64,000 bases of DNA, taken from Podarcis erhardii (lineage: Eukaryota). Where the stretch lies: NCBI GenBank assembly GCA_964252035.1, contig OZ176211.1. One strand, 5' to 3'. A model generated the notes under the pieces. That model searched no databases, had not been told where the DNA came from, and saw nothing but the letters and a program-made list of their open reading frames with translations. Positions 41,541-52,902 of the stretch are shown piece by piece. The first letter of the stretch is position 1. Every line of letters starts with the position of its first letter. Both the position numbers and the translations under genes were made by a program.

Positions 41541-41907
41541 TGGCGGATGAAATTGATGAAATATGCAGAAATGGCTAAATTAACTAATAGAATAAGAGGT
41601 TAGAAGAAGGTTAGAAGAGGAAGAAAGAATTTTTAAGGAAGATTGGAAAAGATTTGCAGAATATTAGGGAAAAAAACATTGTAAACAAATTAAGGCGTTA
41701 GCAGGATTAGAATAAATTCAGCAATATAAAGTGGAGACAAAACTGAAAAAGGAAAGAATACAAACTGATTAGAATATGCAGTGGAAAAGGGTAACTAAAA
41801 CGAACTATTAAAGTGGAGGGGAAAGGAAGTTGATGTTAAATATATGATATATGCTTTGGTGAATGTAAAGGTCTGTAAAATTAAGAAATTGTATTTTTTA
41901 AAAAACC
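41541..41907 (+). mobile_element. Older L1-clade 3' fragment
   Basis: WRMKLMKYAEMAKLTNRIR matches the end of the L1 ORF at 52899, followed by frameshifts. 16-bp TSD acaaatatcctttccc (41525-41540) / acaaataccctttccc (41908-41923). Confidence 0.8.
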
Positions 41908-42282
41908 ACAAATACCCTTTCCCCACTACTGGTGTTGTTGTTGTTGTTTCCATTTTGAAAAGAATGTATTAAATCATTCAGGGAAACACAACATTGAAGC
42001 CTGCAAAAACAATTAATCCTATTTTTAAAAAGTGTTTGTTTCTGCAGACATGTTCCATCCTTCCAGCTTTTCTGCTGGAGCTTAGTATATTATACCTTCC
42101 TACTAAAAATGCACAAAGAACTTATTTAAAACAATGTGCTACTATTCAATGGTTTCTATAAAAGCTTCGTTCCTGTTCCTGGGGAACTGGATGAAAAAGG
42201 AAGGGAGATTGGGCATGTGCTGCAAGAGAGGAAGTCTGTTTTTCTGTCTGAAACTGAATTATATCCACAATTTTTTACTCAC

Positions 42283-42428
42283 CGCATCAGTATAAAGTAC
42301 TGCTTTGAGAACACTGTTATCCACCATGGTGTAATGAAACCAAATATGGCAGTTTTCACCAAAGCAATGACACATTGAGCCATTCAGAGTTGGGCTTTCA
42401 TATGATGTGTTGACCCCTTTATAGCAGC
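42283..42428 (-). CDS. MALRD1: MALRD1 exon, MAM2 middle (146 nt, phase 1 to 0)
   Basis: TTCTTTTTCAG acceptor, GCG|GTGAGT donor. Translates (G)CYKGVNTSYESPTLNGSMCHCFGENCHIWFHYTMVDNSVLKAVLYTDA, resembling recalled human [31 protein letters not shown]. Confidence 0.9.
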
Positions 42429-42489
42429 CTGAAAAAGAATCTCTCCATTAGTTTTTCTAGAAATAAATGATTTGTTCCTTTAATATTGA

Positions 42490-42956
42490 TGATGATAACA
42501 ATGATAACAATTTATAGTAACCTTATTTCTAATCTACCTTATATCAGATGATCTCAGAGATGGGTTACAGTCCATAAAATGACAACACAAAACCACAAAA
42601 ATCAGTACTCATTAATAATCATAGCCAACATAAAATCAATGCTCAGCAGTAAGAATCAACATAGTTAGCTCAAATGCAACAGCAGGTCATGCTGCCAAAA
42701 TGCTTGGTGCCAAAATGAAGCCAATGAGGACTGGTCCCCAAGGGGAGGCCATTTCACAGCCAGGGTGCTACAGCAGATAAGGCCTTCCCTAGCATCTCCA
42801 CATGTATGCCCTACTAAAGGTGGAACACAGATGAGAGGCGCCCCCCCCAAGAGATTTTAACGCCTAGGTACGAGTATGTGGGGAATGGCACTACCTCAAG
42901 TATTGAGGTCTCAAGCCATTTAGGGCTTTAAACACCAGCAACAAATTTGAAATCAG
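42490..42956 (-). mobile_element. Old L2 LINE fragment interrupted by Penelope
   Basis: L2 3'-end pattern and the agccatttagggctttaaa...caacaaatttgaa motif of the L2 ORF2 region. Confidence 0.6.
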
Positions 42957-42970
42957 ACCAGAAAAATCCT

Positions 42971-43268
42971 TTTCACCTTTTCACCCCTTGCTTTTTCCTG
43001 TAAGACCTATTGCAGTCGTTAAGAGTCGTCAACAGGCTCATCACAGCTATCTGCCAATCACCCATTCCCACCACCCTTCTGAGTAATACCCCTCCCCACC
43101 TTCTCACTATATAGAAGGGTCTGGAAACTTCTGTTTCAGTGTATCTGAAGAAGTGTGCATGCACACGAAAGCTCATACCAAGAACTGACTTAGTTGGTCT
43201 TTAAGGTGCTACTGGAAGGAATTTGTTTTGTTTTGACTATGGCAGACCAACACGGCTACCTATCTGTA
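42971..43268 (+). mobile_element. Penelope-like element remnant
   Basis: ctgaagaagtgtgcatgcacacgaaagctcatacc...taaggtgctactgg...cagaccaacacggctacc. Perfect 14-bp TSD accagaaaaatcct at 42957-42970 and 43269-43282. Confidence 0.85.
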
Positions 43269-45869
43269 ACCAGAAAAATCCTGGCAGCCATGGTCCAGAG
43301 ATGGCTAAAGTGTGACTTTCCAGATGTTGCTGGTGTAGACAGTACAACCAATGATCAAGGGTAAGTGGAATTGCCATTCAGCAACAATGGGAGGGCCACA
43401 TATTAGCCACCACCGCCATAGACTTAATGCTATACAGGCATCGCGTCTGCCCAGCGGCCAGTGTGTTGTCTCCATTGTAGCTTTCATTTGAAGAAGTCCT
43501 CAGGCCCTTCCACCCTCCTAATATGGAGCAATCTGCTTCCATTCTCTATGAGTTTCCACGTATGTTTTATACTGGAAATATAAACAAATATTTTCAAAAT
43601 AAAATGTTTTCAGCTTTTAAAAAGCTATTTTTCTGACGAAAGTACCAAAGGAGGTGAGATCTAATCAGTGTAAGACCCCTGCAGTAGTTTCATAGCAAGG
43701 CATATTGTGCAACCAAGTTGCAGAAGCACACGGGTTTACAGCTAAAGCTGTAATTTCAGATCTTTTTGACCTTTTGCTCCCGATAACAGGATTTCTATGG
43801 AGGCCTAAGAGAATGACTTGTGTCCTTCATATTTTCCTTTAACTGTCTGAAATAAAAAGAGCAGACATCTGTTCTTTTAAAAATATATGATCACTTCTTA
43901 TTCTTGAATCATTGGACTATCCGGCTATTTTCAGAAGCTGATAGTTAAAATCTTCTAACACTTCACCCTTCAGCTTCTGTGAATATCATTATGGATGGGA
44001 AATAGAGAGCTTGTTCTCAGAACAATTTCTATCAAACAAAAAAGATGGCCCTGTAGCCAAATGGGGCAATGGCAAATTCTAAAATGAGGTCAGGCATTTC
44101 TCTTTTTCCTGCTGATCTGCTGTGCATCGAGTCATTTAATTTGACCTTGGCACTAAAGTACACCGGATGGCGATGCTAATTTGAGTTGATTGGCAAGGCA
44201 GGAAAATTTTAAGGCAGTAGTATCCCTGGCTTTCTGGCATTTTTGTTCATGTGGCTCGCTGACCTCTTCTTCACTTAACCCTGGTTCAAACAGAAGTTCA
44301 GGGCTCTTCTTATCTACAGGACAATCAGTGTCAGGATGGGAACATTTTCACAGCTTCCTGCTACTGGAGATTCATAGTTTGTTGATATGAATTTTGAGAG
44401 TTTCTCATTATTAGGGCTTAAGCTCCAGGAGTGGTTGTTCTTGTGTAAACCACAGGCCCTCTGTGTTGCATATTTCTCTCTTTTTCCTTCATGACAATTT
44501 AGGGTAGCCATTCATGCAGTACCAGCCCCCCCCCAAAAAAAGAGGCCACAGGTTTCCATATGCTAAATTACAAACCGCTCTTCAAATAGTGGGCTGTCCT
44601 CTGTAAAGTAGGGCACAAGGCTACCCTTTGCCTACTGCCCAGGTTGTAGAACCAGGGCCACTAGCAGCACACCAACATGTGATTCAGAACATTGTACAAA
44701 AGAAAATATTGGGAGGCTACAACTGACCATGCCCTATATTAGCGTTCAACATATTGTTGTGCATCACTCCAGTCTCTGAGAAGTGAAACATTCCAGGGAT
44801 TTCAGGCACTTACCTGGGGGTCCATGTTTCCTTTTGGAAATGAGCCACAGTGAAGACTGTGTTGTCTTTATGATATATGATTTATTTGAACAAATATACA
44901 ACCTGAGCCTACGATGGAGGGGTTCCTAGCACCAACACCCCAAGAGAGTGTTGCTTCTGCCATAGGCATGACCTTGGATCCAAACTGACATCAAACATCA
45001 CACTCTGTTGCTTTGTTTCTCAGTCACATAACTCCTAACTCTCTAAAGTCCAGCTTTATCAGCTGAGGAAAAGGCCTGACTCATTTGCTGTCTCACACCA
45101 AGCCCCTTTCATCCTCTGTTTTCTTAATGGCTCATCTCCCAGACTATCACCTCACTTAGGAAATTTATTCTGGTTTAATCAGCTTTTGACACTTGCAGAT
45201 TCCAGGGGATTAGAAGTGTCTAGTACACAACTTACTACACATGGGTCTGATTAAATTCTAACACTTACTGACTCCAGGAATTTAGAAATGTCTAGCACCC
45301 ATGAACTCATAACACTATTGTCCATGTCCATATGTATGGGAATCTGCTTATTTTTACTATCTGGCAATATAGCAAGGGTACTTTTACCATATACCTGCTA
45401 CCAAATGAAAATGGGGAAAGCAGGGGTGCAGTAAAATTATTCTCACCATGCAGACTGGCTTCTAGATATTAACTTCCCATTGTGTGATTGCAGCACATTG
45501 CAATATGAGACCTCAGGCTAAATGATTACAAGTTGCCATCCATGCTGGTGTATAACATTGCTGTCATGAATATTCCCATGGTAGAAAAAAAGATACGATC
45601 ACGGTAACAGATCAGCTGATCCATTACATTTAAAATGAGGCTCTTAGAATGAGAGTTCTTTAAAGGCTGAACTACATGTTAGGTTATTGGGGGGGAGGCC
45701 ATTTGTATTGGAAGGAAAGGCAGTTGCTATGATCCGATGCACAATGTTCTCCCAATCTGGGTTAGGGCTCTACACCAATTCCCTGCCAACACTCTCTCCC
45801 TCCCACTGCTATTTTCCCTTAAAGCTCCCATATGTAGTTTGACAATTGTGCAAGGAAAGAATTTTCTTA

Positions 45870-46055
45870 GGTACTGCAAATAAGTTAGATGGCACTGCTC
45901 TGGTCCACCAGAAGCAGCTTAGTCATGCTGGCCACATGACCTGGAAGCTGTCTGCGGACAAACGCCGGCTCCTTCAGCCAGTAAAGCGAGATGAGCGCCA
46001 CAACCCCAGAGTCATCTGTGGCTGGACTCAACAGTCAGGGGTCTCTTTACCTTTT
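45870..46055 (+). mobile_element. 5'-truncated Sauria SINE
   Basis: ccagaagcagcttagtcatgctggccacatgacc...gagatgagcgccacaaccccagagtc...tttacctttt. Confidence 0.85.
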
Positions 46056-47834
46056 TACTCTGATCTTAACACCAACTTCAGTGGATATAAACAGATAATT
46101 GCATTGTCTAGCAAAGACTATGCACAGCAACAAATTAACAGCGCAATTCTTTGTATGTGTATTCAGAAGTCAGTCCTATTGAGTTCAGGATACCTTAATC
46201 CCAGGTAAATGTGCACAAGACTGCAGCCTAAGACAAAATAGTGGTTCCTGAATAAACACAAATATTCAATGATAGTTGTAAGTTCCTCTGCACTCAGGGC
46301 ATAGGTTGACATTAATATGGCATGGGTATTAATAGGGGACCCCCCCCCCCCGGCACTATTTCAATTTCCCTTTTTAGAAACTTGAGATCAAATAGCTCAA
46401 AGACTGTATCTAGGAAAAAAGATTAGATTTTATTCAAGCAGGTTTTCTAATCTCACTCATTTGTATGCATCTGTGTATCAAAAGCCCTTGTTAGAGAGTT
46501 ATGCTTTGAGACGGCTATATCCTTGAAGCTCACTAGGCACAGGACCTTGCATCTCATTTTGGAGCTGTCAGTAAACTTTCCCTTGACAATAATTACCACT
46601 TTAAAAGGACTAAGTTTACAGGTCAGTCTTTGATGAATGAATGCTATGATAACCCAGCTTGCATGTCCAAAGGGTAACATTCTAGGCAAGATAACATGAG
46701 CCAGATTTTGTAGGTGTACTCACAACAGAGCACTTAACATGTTGCAGCACTCAGGCGGCCACTGAGAAATGCTTCCACATGGTGAGAGGTCCCTACAGTG
46801 GGTGAACGTAAGGGGTTCGGAACATGGATTTGCCTTATCACTTGGGAATTCCCTAGGCTTATGGAAATACCTTTTGCCCCAAAATGATTTTCACATGAGT
46901 GCTTCTCAGAACTTTCCATGTGAAGAGATTCATGATTAGATGTACTGGATTAGGGAATCTGTTCATTTAAAAGTAGGCAAAGAGAGAATCTTCTCAGATC
47001 CTGCAAACCAGGGCTTATGCTAACCTCCACTGAATATAAACAAATATTTGTATTGGCTAGTAAAGACTGGTTGATTATCCCACTCTTTGTCTTTGGAAGC
47101 ATTATGAGGGACTGTGAGAAACATCATGGAAAAGGACTAAGGTGAAACTATGAAACTCCCTTGTTATTTTTGTTTAAGTAATCTTGTTATATTTATAGTA
47201 TTGAAATGTAGGTTTTTTACCTCCTTTCAACATAATCTATCTCACAGGGAGTCATGTACACTGCCCTAAACTCACTTAGATGAAAGGTGGGATCAAAATG
47301 TAATAAATAATCAATGAAACAGCTCCCAGACACATTTGTCATTAATATTATGTAATCTGCATTAATTGGGTATTTTTTGACATTATTGTCAAATCCTGGC
47401 ACCCAATGAAATGTGTGCATGTTTAAGGGGCCTTGTTTAATGTAGGGTAAGTCAAGCCAGTGTAAACAGGAACTGAGCAGGAACAGCAAGCATGCACTGT
47501 AGATATTTGAGAGGATATTTATTTACTGAGACAATTCATGAGTGCCATAAGAAGCACTGGTGGATGTTACTGCACTTGCAGGTGTCAGGTAAGCAACCCC
47601 TGGCATAGACTGTGGGATAGGCTGGCAGGGATGGGAACAATGGGCATGGTTTAGTTCTTTCCCTTCATATGATTAAAATCACATAGAGGGAGATGTGTAA
47701 ACAGGGCTATGGACAAATTTTAATATCAGCGTCCTGTACAGCCATGTGAAAATGCTGCATAGACTTTCACTGGTAAATAGAAATACATTTATTCCTTTGT
47801 TACACTCTTGGATTTTAAAGTAACGCCCTAAAGT

Positions 47835-48303
47835 CTCTACCCACACTGGAAGAGTGGCAGATGCAACTGATGGACTATATGCAACTGGCCGAGATGACTG
47901 GCAGAATCCGTGACCTGGGAGAAGAGAAGATGGAGGAAGACTGGGAGAAATTCAAGAAGTATCTACAAAAACATTGTAATTTGGTTGAATGCTAAGAAGG
48001 ATGCTAGATTATAAAAAACTGGCCACCACTAAATTAGATTTGAAATTTGATGATAAGTGAGACTAAAGAAAATATAAAATTTTTTGGAAGAAGTGCTAGA
48101 TTATATTTGAATGAGTGGACATGAGATTGTAAACAAGTTGATAATTTGTTTGGAAAAAACTTTTAACGATGTAAATGGGAGCGGGAGACGTGAGGGAGTC
48201 CAAAGAAGTGATGAAATTATGTCTGTGATAGAAGTAAGACTGTTTATTATTTGTGTATTTATATTTAAAAACTTTAATAAATATTTATAAAAAAAATAAA
48301 AAA
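47835..48303 (+). mobile_element. Young L1-clade 3' fragment (469 nt)
   Basis: Matches 53900-54365, with an A-rich tail. Perfect 19-bp TSD taaagtaacgccctaaagt at 47816-47834 and 48304-48322. Confidence 0.95.
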
Positions 48304-49560
48304 TAAAGTAACGCCCTAAAGTGGCTTGTGCTTGATACAGTTTTGCTCTAATGGTGTACATTCAGATGCAATGAATTAAACATTTCTGATTTTCATACCA
48401 AATCATGTTACATGTTCTCATCTATCAATGAGCAGTGAGTTTAATCTAATCACTTATGGAGAAGGCAGAAAAAACAATGTATATATTTCACCAACTTAGA
48501 TTTGGGGAATGCAGTCTAATCTGCAACGGTCGAATAATCTTAAATAGCTGGGCTTTGTTTTTTGTTTATGTTTTACAGTGCAAAAGGAAGAAAATATTTG
48601 CTAAATACAATACTAAACCAGAAGATACTCTCTGTTGGGTGATTAAGATTTTTACTACATAATTCTATATGTTGCTAAAATGATGTGCTTATTCTGAAAC
48701 TCTATAATTGTCCACTATATTTGCAAATAGCTAATAGGAAAGAAAAATCCAGTAAAGATACCAATTATAACAGCAGGAAAACAACAATACCGAAAATGCT
48801 ATAAACAAACAGGTAATAGATCTCTTAACATTAGGACAATTAAACTAGCGGCCAGCATTCTGTTCTTTAGTCCAAGGACTCCTCTGATGCAAAGCTCATC
48901 CATTTCAATAAAGTTCCAACTAGCGCAAGTGCCATAAAACTCAAGAGTTTAATAACACAGAAAATAGAAATCACACAACTAGAAAAATTTTTGTCAAGGT
49001 CAGGAAGAGAAGTTTATTATATGTATGAGTACATTAAAAGACTCGCAAATATTCTATAATCAATTTTGTTTCATGAATACTGTTGTCCAGTCGCCTTCAT
49101 GATTTAATTTTATGCTCACTCTCTATGTGGGAGGGGGCTTGAACAAAATTAGAAAATAAAACATTTTCTTTGCAAATCTCAACCTCAGCAAGCCGCCTTT
49201 GAGAGTGGTATGTGACATTGAGAGGTTTTTGTTTTGTTTTTTGTGCTTCAGCTATAAAGCTGATCTCTGCTATCCATTTATCCTCGGAATAAATAGAAGG
49301 AAAAGAAAGGCTTGGTGTCTGAGCTATCATGAGTGAGACTGAACCAACTGAAACCTTGGGGTACATTCCTGAAATTATGATGTTTCTGTGCATCTTATAC
49401 TTTTCTGACCTTAAAGTGCTTCAGCAGTTATTTTAAGATGAAACACTGAACTATATATGAACAGATAAAGCCGCCCTACACTAAATGTGACAGTTGAATC
49501 TGAATAGCTCAGCATTGCCTACTCTGACTGATGGCAACAGAGAAACCACACATAAGGGTA

Positions 49561-49786
49561 CAGTGGTACCTCGGGTTACATACGCTTCAGGTTACAGATT
49601 CCACTAACCCAGAAATAGTACCTCGGGTTAAGAATTTTGCTTCAGAATGAGAACAGAAATCGTGCTCCAGCGCCGCAGCGGCAGCAGGAGGCCCCATTAG
49701 CTAAAGTGGTGCTTCAGGTTAAGAACAGTTTCAGGTTAAGAACGGACCTCCAGAACGAATTAAGTACTTAACCCGAGGTACCACTG
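49561..49786 (+). mobile_element. Tc1/mariner (Tigger/pogo-like) MITE, copy 3
   Basis: TIRs cagtggtacctcgggtta / taacccgaggtaccactg, TA flanks. Confidence 0.9.
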
Positions 49787-49873
49787 TATAGGATCTTCTC
49801 TGTGCAAAGAATGTGTTCTAGCGATCTGCTGTGACTCTTCAAACTTAGTTCTGTTTATTTTAATAATGGTACC

Positions 49874-50319
49874 TGTCAGGGGACTGCCATCGGAATGGGG
49901 GAGGGAGGCAGGGGAATACCAAGAGCCTCCGAAGCTTCTGAGAAGCAGCTCCTAGTCCGGCAGTGGAGAAAGCCACACCTCCAGCGGAGTGGGGGGGGAG
50001 GGGATAGCCGAGTGAAGGGGAGGCTCAAAGATGCCTCTGAGAGCAAAGGCCCAGCCGGCCAGGAAGCAAACACACCGCTTCCATCGCCCTGCTTGTGCAG
50101 AGGTTTGAAACGTAAGGAGGGGAGGTGGAGATTTGGGGTGTCTAAGTTCTTATGCTGGGGGAGAAACCGGAAAGGGGCACTCCCAGAATGTGCACGTGAC
50201 TGAGACAGACATGAACTTTGGATTTCTGCACTGTACATAGTTTGCACCAATAAAACCTGTAAAAGACAGGTCGGAGTCCTGCCTGGAAACTCACGAGCAA
50301 CCACCACCAGCGCCTGACA
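49874..50319 (+). mobile_element. Solo LTR (446 nt; Gypsy-like or retroviral)
   Basis: Begins TGTCAGG and ends CCTGACA (7-bp inverted termini). AATAAA at 50249-50254. 5-bp flanks gtacc/gtaca match 4/5. GC-richer than its surroundings. Confidence 0.75.
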
Positions 50320-51075
50320 GTACAGAAGCTACTTTCTAGATAAGCATACAAAAACATATTAGCTCCTAAAAATATAGAGATCATGGACACAAGTGAAGGA
50401 AGCAAATAACATGAGGCTAATTCACTTCTCTCTCCACGTTTAGGCCCTCCCTTCTTCAACAAGCCTTCAACAACACTGCACTATGAATCTAAGAAGGAAG
50501 GGAGAAGAATCCCACGCAAAGGATTTGGTCTTGGGCCAAGACAATTCCCTACAATGGATCTGCAGGCAACATCTATGGAAAGCAAACTCACTCACATATC
50601 CTTTTCACAGCCAAGGCTGGGCAGTCACTGCTGCAGCTCTTCTAAAGAGCAGAAGGTCTCCCTAGATTCCTCTCCAGCTGGAAAGAGTAACAGAAGTTGC
50701 AACCTAGGAATGGGATAAGAATTTAAGGAAAGGGTCCTCAACTATGTGAGCATCCCTGCTCAGAATTCATACCACCTGCTGCCAAGCTTCACTGGAGGGC
50801 AGGGTAAAGGTAAAGTACCTTTCAAAGACAACAAGAGGAAGTATAATAAAAATTAATTACAATTAACCAATGAGCAAACAAAAATTGGAAACTGAACAAG
50901 GGGGAGCCTTGACTATCATACCTCATACTCTGAATATGTTCCTTTCATTGAAATTTCTTATCTTTATCTGCAGTTTTTTATTCTATATTCATGAAGGTCC
51001 TTCTTTATATATAAAAAATGATTACCACAGGTTTCACATCAGCTGACAAATGCATATTTAATTCATTTTTATTAC

Positions 51076-51222
51076 CATTGCTGTCATTGCTTCTATCTTT
51101 CAGAAGAACAGATTTTAAGCCACGATCATCTAATTCTTTCACAGGAACCCAGGAAACATGTTCTGCAGATGCATCAGAATTCCAGTCACACATGTGAATC
51201 TTAAAACTGCAGTTCTGTTGAA
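51076..51222 (-). CDS. MALRD1: MALRD1 exon, start of MAM2 (147 nt, phase 1 to 1)
   Basis: TTCTTTCATTCAG acceptor, AATG|GTAATA donor. Translates (V)QQNCSFKIHMCDWNSDASAEHVSWVPVKELDDRGLKSVLLKDRSNDSN(G). A second AG 8 nt downstream makes the start slightly uncertain. Confidence 0.85.
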
Positions 51223-52902
51223 CTGAATGAAAGAACAATGTGTTACTCCCCTTTAAGCTAATTGAATCTCACATTACTTTCATTATTGGGAAATTCATTG
51301 TTCCTTCAATTCCTCATATTCCCTTTCTTTGGGCTCCCACATAAAGAAAATATCCAGGGTGCCCCTGAATCTGTCAATATGTTGCGGGAGGGATTCAAAC
51401 ACATACCAGAATTTTGGAATTGCACAATTAAAGTCTGTTGCCCTAGCAAAAAAAATGAGCTTTTACATTTTGGAAAGGTAGGACAAAATGCATTGCAATG
51501 TGTGGGATGAGCAAATCATTAGTGGGAGGAAAAGCAAACACCCCACAAGCAAATCAGGGTGAAAGCTTGTTCTTATATAATTGCCTCTTAAAATAATCAG
51601 AATAAATGCTCAATAAAGACTGGTTGTAGTCTATCTTCCATATAAGCTCTTTGGCAAAAAATAATAATAAATAAAAATAAAAGGGGGCAGAAAGGGGGCA
51701 GGGTTCTGGCAAAAATGGTTTTGGTAATCCCATCCGCCACTGAATGCAATGGTTTTGGCTATACACGATTTTGGCTTTAGGCATGAACCCTGGAACATAA
51801 CCCCTGTGTAAGTTTACAGGTGCTGTTTACAGAGTTCAGCAGCATATGACCATGTAATAAAAATAATGTAGACTGGGTGTTATTTTGAAGAGTTAGTTTT
51901 ATAAATTAATTATAATAAAGTTATATTCAATAAATCTTACAGCAGAATCCTCCGTGTGTGCCATTGAAAGGGATGCCGGAAGGATTACTGAAGTGCTCTT
52001 GATCTGGAACTTGGGTCTCTTCACAAGCATGGACTCTCTCCTTACACAGTGAAGTATCTGCTAAGAGCAAGATCAAAACTTTAAGAAGAAAAGTTGAGAT
52101 TCCTACATACAAAATCAGTATTATGGCTACACTGAATTGAAGCTTGGTCACTCAAAATCTCTCTTTTGATTTTTCAACTCCGCAAGTAAGAACAGTTAAG
52201 ATCCAACTCATCAGGTAAGATCAGTTTTTCACAAGGCACAGCCGTGGAACAATGGAAAAAGCTCTTGGGCCCAGGGGAAAAGCATGGATGAGCCCTTTGA
52301 ATATAACTAAGTAGCACTGCTTCTTAACAAAATCAAATAATATTCTGGATATGTTTAGGTCATGCACTTGAGAAATAGACATACATAGATCTATAAACAT
52401 GAATGTTCATGGGGGGAAACTGCAGCAACAAGGGAAGAACCCAGCTCTTTGGAGCTATTAGAAGCAGCACTACTTGACAGGGAGGAATTGAAGAAACTTG
52501 CTTTCACCCTTTCTGAAAAGAACGTAGTGTGAAAAATAATATTAATTTATTGAATTGCTTTTGAGTGGAAATAAAGCTACATGGAAAGGGCTAAGAATCA
52601 CCTTCACTTCCACCATTCCTCCACTCAACACTGCAACCTCCCATGACCGACTTTTCATTTTTAAAAAGCCAAGACTTTGGTATACGCATTTGGATGTAAT
52701 GTGTAGTGTAACTTGCCCCTGTGGGGCCCAGAGGCATTTCAGGGGAAATGAAAATGGCAGGTGTAGCTGGAGCTTCACTGCACAGAACACAACTGCCAGA
52801 CCACTATACAAAGATTTTAAAAGGGGGAAAGTGGGGGTGGTGGTAGCTGTGGGCATTAGACTCGGTATTCCCACACTAAGTGTTGAAACTGGGACTATTT
52901 GC

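Noticed and set aside
44158-44347. Minus-strand frame KCSHPDTDCPVD... echoing the HPDTD motif I recall in the human MAM1-MAM2 linker
   Set aside because: It is in the wrong order (downstream of the MAM2 first exon), is preceded directly by an in-frame TGA with no acceptor, and the similarity is limited to five residues. Treated as coincidence.
49876-50307. 143-aa and 102-aa ORFs on opposite strands
   Set aside because: Both lie within the GC-rich solo LTR, have no recognisable domain, and are expected by chance at that composition.
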